Positions 41,319 through 50,871 of a stretch of 64,000 bases of DNA are shown here, one piece after another. Location: positions 1 to 64,000 of the forward strand of contig JAOPTW010000037.1 of NCBI GenBank assembly GCA_051532035.1, read 5' to 3'. The notes below the pieces were generated by a model. It saw only the letters and a program-made list of their open reading frames with translations. It was not told where the DNA came from and made no database searches. The stretch comes from Fibrobacterales bacterium. GTDB taxonomy: Bacteria; Fibrobacterota; Fibrobacteria; Fibrobacterales; JAOPTW01. How positions within the stretch are numbered: the first letter of the stretch is position 1; each line of letters starts with the position of its first letter. Both the position numbers and the translations under genes were made by a program.

Positions 41319-42664
41319 TTACTGAAAATGAAATAGTAAACATGATTATAATCTCAGTAATATATTTAGTAACTTTTTCCGTTGCAGAACTCTGGCGATT
41401 GTTTTTTAAACCGAAAGTTGAATATACCAGAAAATTTGTACACTTAAGCTCAGGGCTCGTATGCCTCTCGTTTTCTTATGTTTTTGAATCTCATATAAGC
41501 ATCGCCATTTTGGCTTCAATGTTTGCATTGATTATGATCGTTTCAAAAAAGTTTCATTTCCTTAAATCAGTTCATGGAATTAATCGAAAAACTCATGGAG
41601 GAATATATTATCCGGTTGCAGTGTACGGTACCTTTTTTATATCTACTCTTATACATCAGCCAGATTTTTATTTTATCTCTATTCTAGTGCTCTCTATATC
41701 CGATACATTTGCCGCATTTATTGGTGGTGCGTATGGAGTTAAGAAATATAAAGTTGAAGTAGATTCAAAAAGCGTTGAAGGCTCCTTCGTGTTTTTTATG
41801 TTAACCTTTATAATAATCCTTGTCTGTTTGTTGCTACTCACTGGTTTGAATAGACCTGTTTGTATTCTCTTAGCATTTTACGTTGGGATACTGATAACAA
41901 TATTTGAGTCACTCTCTACAACGGGGGCCGACAATTTTTTTATTCCAATGGGTACCATAATGATATTGTATAATAATGCTCATAAGTCATGGGATATTAT
42001 AGCAGTACAGATTGGAATAATGACCGCTGTATTGTTTGCGGTCTATTTTGTTATGCGCGGTCAAAAAAAGATTGGTTCAACAGGAATTCTCGGAGCAGGG
42101 ATCATATGTTATGGAAGTTGGGCACTGGTTAATGAGTCATGGGCAATGGTTATCTTTATCGCAATTTGTATCTTCTCAATGAGTAAATTCTCAAAAATTG
42201 AATCAAGGTATCGCTACAGAGTTAAAACATCATTTTTCCTTTTCCTTATACCACTTGTGTGGCTTGTTATTGCCCGTTATAGCACTTTTCACCAAAAATT
42301 TATGTTTGTACCTTATGTTATCTGTCTTGGCGGAATCCTCAGCTGTTTGTGGGGAAGACAAATAATTAAATATAAAGATATGCTTTCAAATTACTCTCCA
42401 TTATACTCACTGAATAGTATCAAAAGAAGTGTCGTACTTACGGTTGTTTTTTTACCTGCCTACTTTATTACTGATGCATCCATAAATATTGTGTTAAGTA
42501 TTCCGAGTCTTATTGGGGGAATCTTTTTGGTTGATTATTTAAGTAGAAAAGAGGTATATGGTAATGTAACACAAGCGGTTAAATCTCGGGTTATCATGTT
42601 GTATTCAGTTGCTGTTTCGGCTATAGTATTTGGATTAAACTACTACATCTACACAGGGTATTAA
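41315..42664 (+). CDS. CTP-dependent polyprenol/diacylglycerol kinase-like (CTP_transf_1 superfamily) membrane protein
   Basis: TRKFVHL, SDTFAAFIG, KSVEGS, DNFFIP. ATGA overlap with the upstream stop. Confidence 0.8.
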   Translation: MITENEIVNMIIISVIYLVTFSVAELWRLFFKPKVEYTRKFVHLSSGLVCLSFSYVFESHISIAILASMFALIMIVSKKFHFLKSVHGINRKTHGGIYYPVAVYGTFFISTLIHQPDFYFISILVLSISDTFAAFIGGAYGVKKYKVEVDSKSVEGSFVFFMLTFIIILVCLLLLTGLNRPVCILLAFYVGILITIFESLSTTGADNFFIPMGTIMILYNNAHKSWDIIAVQIGIMTAVLFAVYFVMRGQKKIGSTGILGAGIICYGSWALVNESWAMVIFIAICIFSMSKFSKIESRYRYRVKTSFFLFLIPLVWLVIARYSTFHQKFMFVPYVICLGGILSCLWGRQIIKYKDMLSNYSPLYSLNSIKRSVVLTVVFLPAYFITDASINIVLSIPSLIGGIFLVDYLSRKEVYGNVTQAVKSRVIMLYSVAVSAIVFGLNYYIYTGY

Positions 42665-42666
42665 GA

Positions 42667-43668
42667 ATGGTAAAAGTTCTGAACCAATTATCAAAAATTG
42701 AGTTTGAAGATTATTTAGATACTCTTTCAACTGCAATATATAAGGATGACCCATGTTTTGTAAAATCACCGGTCTCTATTACCTCTGCTCAGCATAAGTA
42801 TTTTGTAGTTATTCAAAACGAGGTGGTGGTTGCATGCGCTATTGCCTTTATTGATAAGAAATTACAGTATAATGGGGTTGAGACTGGAGGGATAGGGTAT
42901 TTTGAATCACTTGATGATATTCAATGTGTAAAATACCTCTTTACTCACATTGAGCAGTATTTTAAAGCTCACAGAGTTACAGAGTGTATTGGTCCAATAA
43001 ATGGGTCGACATGGAATAAACACCGGCTCAATGCTCCTGATAGCGAACCTACCTTTTTTCTTGATAACTATCACGCCCCTTGGTATTTAAATCTTTGGAA
43101 AGAGAGTGGATATCGTTCCATTTCAGAATATGAATCCACCTCTGTTAAACGAAACAATTTTTCATTTACTCGATTGAGTCGATTTTCAAACTATTATTCC
43201 AAGAAGAATATTACCTTCAGACCACTCTCGATTGATGAGTTTGAGCGGGATATTGGATCAATATACTCTCTGTGTATTAAAAGCTTTGCTGATAATTTTT
43301 TATTTACTCCTATTGCCGATACTGATTTTCAAAAGATGTATTATCAGGCAAAAACATTTATTGACCCTCAGTGGGTGATACTTGCTGAAAATGGTGAAGG
43401 GGAGTTGCTTGCAGTGATATTTGCTGTCAAAGACGTGTACTGTACGACTTCGAAACGATTGATTATAAAATCTTTGGCTATTGATCCCGAAAAATCTCCT
43501 CGAGGGCTTGGTGCCTATCTTGTAGAATTATTGCATCAACAGGCGCATAATACAGGGTATGATGAGATAATTCATGCACTCATGCATAAAAATAACATTT
43601 CTACAAACATTGTATCAAAGTCGAGTAGTAGTTTTAGAACGTATCATTTAATGGGTAAAGAGTTATGA
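42667..43668 (+). CDS. Tandem GNAT-fold protein
   Basis: GGIGYFES, IGPINGSTW, W..SGY, IIKSLAIDP...RGLG, IIHALMH. Confidence 0.72.
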   Translation: MVKVLNQLSKIEFEDYLDTLSTAIYKDDPCFVKSPVSITSAQHKYFVVIQNEVVVACAIAFIDKKLQYNGVETGGIGYFESLDDIQCVKYLFTHIEQYFKAHRVTECIGPINGSTWNKHRLNAPDSEPTFFLDNYHAPWYLNLWKESGYRSISEYESTSVKRNNFSFTRLSRFSNYYSKKNITFRPLSIDEFERDIGSIYSLCIKSFADNFLFTPIADTDFQKMYYQAKTFIDPQWVILAENGEGELLAVIFAVKDVYCTTSKRLIIKSLAIDPEKSPRGLGAYLVELLHQQAHNTGYDEIIHALMHKNNISTNIVSKSSSSFRTYHLMGKEL

Positions 43669-45197
43669 TTTCACCCATAATAGAGCTTCTTATAGAAAAT
43701 GCTCAAAGGTACCCCGATAAAGTTGCAATTGTTGAGGGTAATAAATCAGTAACCTATAACGAACTTCTGATCCTTGTGAAACGTAAAAGTGCCGTATTAA
43801 AAAAAAGTAATATTAATTGCGGAGATACCATATTAGTATATGTGCCAATGAGTATTGCATTGTATGTGAACTTACTTGGGATTTGGTATAGAGGAGCTGT
43901 TGCGGTATTTGTTGACGCCTGGACATCCAAAAATAGACTCGATTATGTTGCTGAATTTACTCAGAGTAAAGCATTTATAGGGATTCCAAAAGCATTTTTA
44001 TTCACTGTTTTTTCAAAAAAGGTCCGGGCAATACCGATTAAAATTATGGAACGCTCTTTTTTAATGAGTCAGAACTATGATTTAGATAGAGTACCAGAAT
44101 CGGTTGAGGGAAATAGAACGGCTTTGGTTACTTTTACCACGGGTAGTACCGGAGTGCCTAAGGGAGCAAACCGTACACATGATTTTTTAATGGCACAACA
44201 CAATACTCTCAAAGAGCATCTTAAACTCAGTAGTGACGATGTTGATTTAACAACATTACCCATATTTTTATTAAATAATTTAGGTATGGGGATTACAAGT
44301 GTCATTGCACCAATCAAGCATGCAAAGCCCGAGGCGCTGAGCCCTAAAAAGGTGATTCACGCAATTCGAAAATACTCTGTGACCACAACAGCCGGGTCTC
44401 CAATTGTTTATGAAACCCTTGCTCGGTATATTCAACAAAAGAGTATTTTTAATCTCACCCTAAAAAAGATATTTATTGGAGGAGCACCTGTTTTTCCACG
44501 TTTAGCCAATACACTTAGGGATAGTTTTCCTTCTGCTCGAATTGAAGTAGTATACGGTTCAACAGAAGTAGAACCTATAAGTAGTTGTAGTATTGATTCC
44601 GTTATACAGCATTCGGATAACTTATTGGAAAAAGGACTCTGTGTTGGAACTGTTGATAGCCATATACAACTTGCCGTTGTATCACCAGAGTCAATTTGTA
44701 GTACCATGAATGAAAACACCTTTACCACTGCATGTGTAAGCGAAGCTGCCGTTGGTGAAATATGTGTTTCTGGTAATCATGTACTTTCCTCATATTACAA
44801 CAACCCAGTAGCAGAAAAAGAGAATAAGATTAATGTGTCGGGAACAATCTGGCACCGTACTGGCGATTGTGGATACTTATTACATAACACTTTATTTTTA
44901 ATGGGAAGGTTACAACAAATAATTGTGGTGGATGGGAGTGAATACTTTACTTTTCCTATGGAACAAGTATTGGCAGAAATTCCAGGAATTAAGCGTGCTA
45001 CTATTTTACAGAATCAAGGTGATTTACATACAGTAATTGAACCTGTTCCACAAGCTGATAGATCATTAATAACCCAACAGGTAAAGGCTATAGAAGTGTT
45101 GAATACATCTAAAATACATTATAGAGTCATACCCAAAGACCCACGACATAATTCAAAAACTGATTACGATTCACTTAAAAAACATTTAGGATTATAA
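43665..45197 (+). CDS. AMP-binding (ANL) enzyme, OleC-like
   Basis: TFTTGSTGVPKG, YGSTEVEPIS, WHRTGD, C-terminal DPRHNSK. Confidence 0.88.
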   Translation: MISPIIELLIENAQRYPDKVAIVEGNKSVTYNELLILVKRKSAVLKKSNINCGDTILVYVPMSIALYVNLLGIWYRGAVAVFVDAWTSKNRLDYVAEFTQSKAFIGIPKAFLFTVFSKKVRAIPIKIMERSFLMSQNYDLDRVPESVEGNRTALVTFTTGSTGVPKGANRTHDFLMAQHNTLKEHLKLSSDDVDLTTLPIFLLNNLGMGITSVIAPIKHAKPEALSPKKVIHAIRKYSVTTTAGSPIVYETLARYIQQKSIFNLTLKKIFIGGAPVFPRLANTLRDSFPSARIEVVYGSTEVEPISSCSIDSVIQHSDNLLEKGLCVGTVDSHIQLAVVSPESICSTMNENTFTTACVSEAAVGEICVSGNHVLSSYYNNPVAEKENKINVSGTIWHRTGDCGYLLHNTLFLMGRLQQIIVVDGSEYFTFPMEQVLAEIPGIKRATILQNQGDLHTVIEPVPQADRSLITQQVKAIEVLNTSKIHYRVIPKDPRHNSKTDYDSLKKHLGL

Positions 45198-47407
45198 TGA
45201 TTTCATTTAATACACTCTATAAATTACGCTTTATATTACTTGGCGCTATTTTAATCGTTCTTGCTGTTGCGTCTCTTTTTTTACAAAACCTTAAAATTGA
45301 TAATAGCTTTGATGTTTGGTTTATGGATAATGATCCTGCACTCATTAAATACAACGAGTTTAAAAAAGAATTCGGTAATGATGAGGCTCTGATAACAGTA
45401 ATTCAGTTTAAAAATAACCCTATTAATGATTCAACATTTAAAAAATTAGTGGCGGTAACGAATAGTATTCAAAATGTTGATGGAATATTTAGAATTCAAA
45501 CACTGAGTTCATACTACGCCGGAGTATCACAACTGCAAAAATTTAATGCAGATACTCACAATTTTGAAAAGAATGAACCTATCGAAGATGAGTTACGTAA
45601 GCTCATAACAGACTCTGAGTTAAGCAAAAGGTTCTATACTCCTGAGAGTAATAGTTTGATACTCTATTCATGGATCGATACCGATGAAAATATTGATAAA
45701 AAACGTTCAATTATCATCAATTCCGTAGATAGTATATGTAAAACGTATTTTTTAGGAGCAGAGGTGCATCATGCGGGTATCGGAGTAGTACTCAACGCTC
45801 TTAATGAAGAGTCTATGAAACAGAGTGCATTGTTTATGCCACTATCATATTTATTAATTATCATATTTGTATTCTATTTTACTCGAAGTTTTTTGTGGAC
45901 TGGTATTGCACTACTATCAGTGATACTGACTACAGTGTTTTTATTCGAATGTATGGGGTATTTGCACAAACCTCTCACTATGATAACGGTAGCATTGCCG
46001 CCGCTCATATTAATTATGAGTGTTGCAAACATAATGCATTTTTCAAGGTATGTTGCCCTTCATTTTGATGAAAATAACTTTGAACTCACCCTTGATGCTT
46101 TTAAGAAAATACTCAAACCTTGTTTGTTTAATGTTTTTACTACTGCCGCTGGCTTTCTTTCACTTGCTAGTGCCAATATGGGAATTACGAGAGACTATGG
46201 GATGTTTGCTGCGATTGCGGTGGTTATTGCTTTTATAAACAGCTTTGTGGGTGCTTTGCTTGTACTAAAAAAGGTGAGTGTAAATAAAATTGTGGTCCCC
46301 AAATTAGCAGGCGCCGAAATGCTTGTGTCATTTTCAATTAGAAATAGTAAAAAAGTGATTGCTGTTTTTGCCATTTTGCTCGTGATATCAATTATTGGTA
46401 TTAGTACAATAGTTGTTGATACTTATAGTATAGACTTTTTAAATAAACAGCACCCTGTACGAGTATCAAGCGAAGCTATTGAGACCCATTCGGGAAACTA
46501 TCTACCGATAGAGTTTAATATTCATTTAAATAACAAAGTATTGTATAGAGACCCTGCGTTATATGCAGCCTTTAAAGCCATGCATGTCGAAGTAAAAGCA
46601 GAACCCTTTGTTGACGCACTTCTTTCACCATTAACAATCTATGCAGAGGTGCAGAGAATATTTACAGCCTCTGATGATAAATCAGCAGCCGCTTCTATAT
46701 TGTTAGCAGCAACAACTATGGACAAACAGCTTGATGCAATGGGACTCATAAATGGAGATCGTTCATTATTACGGTTTAGTTGCATGGTGCCAATGGCCAG
46801 TGCTCGAAGATTAACTGAGTACGGCAATATTATAGAAGGCATTGCGCAACGTCACTTTACTCAGTTTGGTACTGTATCTAAAACGGGTTACTTACCTTTG
46901 TATGGTCGCCTTATAGAAAATATTATTCACGACCAAGTAACGAGCATACTCCTTGCTTTGGGTGTAATATCTTTTTTAATTTCAATTCTACTTCGTTCCT
47001 TCAAGATGCTTATTATAGCTTGTATTGTTAATACTGTTCCCATAATTATGATACTGGGCATTATGGGGCATATTGGGATCTTCCTTGATATAGCTACAGT
47101 AACAATTGCCCCGGCCATGTTGGGTATTATTGTCGATGATACCGTACATATTTTGTTTCATTTAAAAAAGTACCTGTCAGATGGGGAAGAATTTACTCAG
47201 GCAATGAACACTATTGCTAAAAGTACCGGGTCAACATTAATAGCGACAACTATTATTCTTATTGCAGGATTTGGTATTATTGGATTTGCAGATATCAAGT
47301 CAATGTCATACACAGGAATGTTAACAGCAATAACTGCTGGTTTTGCTCTTGTTACAGACCTTATGTTGCTGCCAGCTATTGGGTATACAATATATAAGAG
47401 AAAGTAG
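45197..47407 (+). CDS. MMPL/RND family lipid transporter
   Basis: Two TM bundles with periplasmic loops, TTAAGFLSL, GIIVDDTVH. Confidence 0.88.
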   Translation: MISFNTLYKLRFILLGAILIVLAVASLFLQNLKIDNSFDVWFMDNDPALIKYNEFKKEFGNDEALITVIQFKNNPINDSTFKKLVAVTNSIQNVDGIFRIQTLSSYYAGVSQLQKFNADTHNFEKNEPIEDELRKLITDSELSKRFYTPESNSLILYSWIDTDENIDKKRSIIINSVDSICKTYFLGAEVHHAGIGVVLNALNEESMKQSALFMPLSYLLIIIFVFYFTRSFLWTGIALLSVILTTVFLFECMGYLHKPLTMITVALPPLILIMSVANIMHFSRYVALHFDENNFELTLDAFKKILKPCLFNVFTTAAGFLSLASANMGITRDYGMFAAIAVVIAFINSFVGALLVLKKVSVNKIVVPKLAGAEMLVSFSIRNSKKVIAVFAILLVISIIGISTIVVDTYSIDFLNKQHPVRVSSEAIETHSGNYLPIEFNIHLNNKVLYRDPALYAAFKAMHVEVKAEPFVDALLSPLTIYAEVQRIFTASDDKSAAASILLAATTMDKQLDAMGLINGDRSLLRFSCMVPMASARRLTEYGNIIEGIAQRHFTQFGTVSKTGYLPLYGRLIENIIHDQVTSILLALGVISFLISILLRSFKMLIIACIVNTVPIIMILGIMGHIGIFLDIATVTIAPAMLGIIVDDTVHILFHLKKYLSDGEEFTQAMNTIAKSTGSTLIATTIILIAGFGIIGFADIKSMSYTGMLTAITAGFALVTDLMLLPAIGYTIYKRK

Positions 47408-47483
47408 TTGTTCAATTATAGGGGTTCTTTATCACCCATGTGGCACATACCGTGCTTATCATACACAATCACCGCATAACAGT

Positions 47484-47511
47484 ATCTCGACCTCAGAGTG
47501 CTCGATACCCA
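47484..47511 (+). repeat. 28 bp direct repeat, right of the HMGR cluster
   Basis: ATCTCGACCTCAGAGTGCTCGATACCCA, 1 mismatch to 34999-35026. Sits in a short open stretch YLDLRVLDTHENCYEILKEPRNAYEREITATGL. Confidence 0.88.
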
Positions 47512-47840
47512 TGAGAACTGCTATGAGATCCTGAAAGAGCCACGGAATGCCTACGAACGAGAGATTACTGCAACAGGGCTCTACCTTCTCAGAGCACTCT
47601 GTAGATTTGTTCGTGTGGATATCATGGGTTGACCAGTGTCAGAGCAGCAATCTTTGGGATAGTAATGTAACCAAAGGTAAACAATTGGGGTAAATTGAAT
47701 TAATGTCCTTTGAACACTTTAGATTACAGGATAATTGAATACATTTCTCAAACTGTGAGTAGTGGCCTCTGGGGATCAATGAATACCATTGATAGACGTC
47801 ATTACTAAAATCAATACTCATTAAAAATCGATAGGAAGTT

Positions 47841-48656
47841 ATGAATAGAGAATTTGTTGATCTATTACTGTTTTTGGCTATGGCAGGCGTTGTCGTAGCA
47901 TTTGCTATAAATGCAAAAGCGGCATATAAACGTGCATTTTCAGGTGTGATTGCACTAACAATCATACTAACTGGAGTTATTGTCTATTATGTGCGTGAAT
48001 TTAAGCCGACTTTCTCAGAGCATCAGGTTGCTACAACTGAATCATTAGATGTGGAGGATGAAATTGTTGTCGATGAGCTCGAGGACGTTACCGTTGATAG
48101 TGCAGAAAATCAGGAAGCCAATGTAATCACTGAGCCTGAAGAAGCTGAAGGGAGTACAACTCCAGAAGAAAACATTATTGAGGTAGTCGAGGCTGAATCA
48201 GACGAAGAGGTAGCGGTTGAACCAGAGTTTGAAGATAGTAATAGTGATGTTGATGAACCCGGTCCTGAACAACAGCTTAAAGCATTTAAGAAAAAAGCCC
48301 TTGCTCTCAGACGTGAAATTACTGATGTACACCGAAAAATGCAGAAGTTAGATTTACAGGACGTGTATGACATGGAAGATCGTGAGTATAAGAGTTTTGT
48401 TAAAGATGCCAACTGGCTCAAAATTCTCGCAGTTAGATATTATAAGAGTGTAAAAAAATTAGACGTTCCATCAGATGCGAAGAATATTTTTATACAACTC
48501 AAAAAGTATGGCTCTCATGTACGATACGCGGGGATCAACCTCTACTCTTTCAGTAAGGCTGGGGATGAAGATAAAGAGGCTGAACGTGAAGCTAAATTCA
48601 TAAAATATCGATCGAAAGCATGGAAGTATTACAAGAGGCTTAAAAAACTGCTGTAA
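47841..48656 (+). CDS. Hypothetical membrane-anchored protein
   Basis: Two N-terminal TMs, acidic linker, basic helical C-terminus. Confidence 0.72.
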   Translation: MNREFVDLLLFLAMAGVVVAFAINAKAAYKRAFSGVIALTIILTGVIVYYVREFKPTFSEHQVATTESLDVEDEIVVDELEDVTVDSAENQEANVITEPEEAEGSTTPEENIIEVVEAESDEEVAVEPEFEDSNSDVDEPGPEQQLKAFKKKALALRREITDVHRKMQKLDLQDVYDMEDREYKSFVKDANWLKILAVRYYKSVKKLDVPSDAKNIFIQLKKYGSHVRYAGINLYSFSKAGDEDKEAEREAKFIKYRSKAWKYYKRLKKLL

Positions 48657-48678
48657 GGTGTGGTAAATTCAGGCGTAT

Positions 48679-49548
48679 ATGAATTCTACAAATACAACTA
48701 TTCCCAGAACTTATTTCAGGAAAGAGAGTGCATCACATTTTGAATTGGAAGTTGTATCCCTTGCTCAGCTAGAGCATAAAATAATAGAGAACTATTCGCC
48801 TCGGTTCGAACGAATGGAATTTTATTTATGTATGCATATTACCAAGGGGAGTGGAGTCCATATTGTTGATTTTACCGAGTTGAAGTATGGACCGGGCTCG
48901 ACAATTATGGTGTCAAAGTATCAAATTCAAAAATGGGTTACGAATAAACAAGTAGATGGTTGGGTTGTCATGTTTACTGATGACCTCCTCAATGCGTTAC
49001 CAGAAGATACCGCGTTACTTTTTGATTTGCACGTAGCCTGTACTCATACCCCAGTGGTTCTAAATAATAAGGATTTGAATAGCGCTATAACCTCTCTGCA
49101 AAACGAGTATGTACAAAAAGATGATGCTGTTCAAAAAACTATTCTTGTATCTCAATTGCGTGTTATGGTATGCCAGATAATCCGCCAATTACATGAAAAA
49201 GCGGGTTCAATATCTATTGCCAATATTGAACTCTACTATAAGTATCGTAGGTTGTTAGAGGCTGAATTTATTACTTCACGAACGGCTCAGTACTATGCAG
49301 AAAAATTGTGTGTGTCATCTAAAACTCTCTCACGAACATTAAAGAGAGTTACGGGTGAGACAATAAAGGAGAGCATAGATAATAGAATTGTTCTTGAGGC
49401 AAAAAGGCTGTTGTTAACAGGCAATAGAACAACCAAAGATGTCTGTTATGCGCTAGATTTTGATGAGCCTACTAATTTTGTGAAGTATTTTAAAAGAATC
49501 GTTGGTCAAACACCGCAAGGATATCAGCAAGAACAGCACGGTTCTTAA
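48679..49548 (+). CDS. AraC family transcriptional regulator
   Basis: N-terminal cupin, YAEKLCVS.KTL, EAKRLL, F.EPTNFVKYFKR..G.TP. Confidence 0.93.
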   Translation: MNSTNTTIPRTYFRKESASHFELEVVSLAQLEHKIIENYSPRFERMEFYLCMHITKGSGVHIVDFTELKYGPGSTIMVSKYQIQKWVTNKQVDGWVVMFTDDLLNALPEDTALLFDLHVACTHTPVVLNNKDLNSAITSLQNEYVQKDDAVQKTILVSQLRVMVCQIIRQLHEKAGSISIANIELYYKYRRLLEAEFITSRTAQYYAEKLCVSSKTLSRTLKRVTGETIKESIDNRIVLEAKRLLLTGNRTTKDVCYALDFDEPTNFVKYFKRIVGQTPQGYQQEQHGS

Positions 49549-49659
49549 AAATGCTAAATGTCTCAAATCTACCATCCTCTGTCTTGATCTGACCTGCAGA
49601 CTTAATCTCAATACTGGTATCTTTATAATAGATACATAATTAAAATATTGGAGATTACA

Positions 49660-50517
49660 ATGAAAACTATCGCAACAGCCACGGCAGCACTGTTCATTAC
49701 TTTGGGGTGTAGTAGTACCGACAAATCTGTTTCAGAAACAGGTCAGATGAGTAACAAAGAAAAAGTTGTACGGTTACTTAAAAGTATTGAAACAGGTGAG
49801 CATGAACCAATCTCGTACATCAATGCCGAAAAGTATACCCAGCATAATCTTATGGTTAAGGATGGGCTTGTGGGTTTTGGTGAGCTCATGGCTCAGTTAC
49901 CTCAGAACAGTGCTAAAGTGAATACTGTTCGATCATTTCAAGATGGTGATTATGTGTTTACCCATACTGAGTATGAATTCTTTGGACCCAAAGCAGGATT
50001 TGATGTGTTTCGGTTTGAGGATGGACTCATTGTTGAACATTGGGATAATCTTGCAGAATTGGCGCAACAACGTAATCCATCGGGAAGAACACAGCTTGAT
50101 GGGCCTGTTGAAATTGCCGATCTCGAAAAAACCGATGCCAATAAATTGTTGGTACAACGACTCATTACTGAGGTCCTTATAGAGGGTAAGTTTGAGGCAA
50201 TGGCTGGCTACTTTGATGGCGATAATTATTTACAACACAATACTCATATTGGGGATGGACTATCGGGATTGTCCACTGCAATTCAAATAATGGCAAAACA
50301 GGGCATAGCAATGGAATATAGGTATCTACACAAGGTGGTAGGTGAAGGAAACTTTGTTTTGGCTATCAGTGAAGGCATTTTCGCTGAGAAACCTACTTCA
50401 TTCTATGATCTGTTCAGAATTGAAAATGGGAAAATAGCCGAACATTGGGATGTTATTGAGAAGATACTTCCCAAAGAGGATCATCAAAACACTAACGGCA
50501 AATTTAATTTTAAGTAG
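49660..50517 (+). CDS. SnoaL-like/NTF2 double-domain lipoprotein
   Basis: Lipobox LGC; two repeats of Y.QHN....DG..G and D.FR.E.G.I.EHWD. Confidence 0.88.
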   Translation: MKTIATATAALFITLGCSSTDKSVSETGQMSNKEKVVRLLKSIETGEHEPISYINAEKYTQHNLMVKDGLVGFGELMAQLPQNSAKVNTVRSFQDGDYVFTHTEYEFFGPKAGFDVFRFEDGLIVEHWDNLAELAQQRNPSGRTQLDGPVEIADLEKTDANKLLVQRLITEVLIEGKFEAMAGYFDGDNYLQHNTHIGDGLSGLSTAIQIMAKQGIAMEYRYLHKVVGEGNFVLAISEGIFAEKPTSFYDLFRIENGKIAEHWDVIEKILPKEDHQNTNGKFNFK

Positions 50518-50618
50518 AAATACAAGCGTTATACCGTGGTAACATCAGTCATTCAGAAATGCTCGATCTATTGTTTAAATAAGGATAAACCAGTCAATAA
50601 TTGTCTGATATTACATTA

Positions 50619-50747
50619 ATGTCAAAAATACTTGTAGTAGATGATCAGAAAATTGTTCATCAATCAATGACCCTTGTGTTAAATAGTGGGCAGTTAGAGA
50701 GCGTTTATTGCGCTTTAAGTGCTTGTGTAAGTAATGGCCTACCCTAA
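50619..50747 (+). pseudogene. Truncated response-regulator receiver N-terminus
   Basis: MSKILVVDDQKIVHQSMTLVL..., stops after 42 aa. Confidence 0.6.
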
Positions 50748-50871
50748 AAAGTAGTTAATTGATTACATAGTGATAAAGGTGTTGAAAAGTAAGCGTAAGT
50801 GGCGTATACTATTTAATACTATTTCGGCAAGATAGCGATTGTTGCTATTGAGTGTAGATGGATTAATAGAA

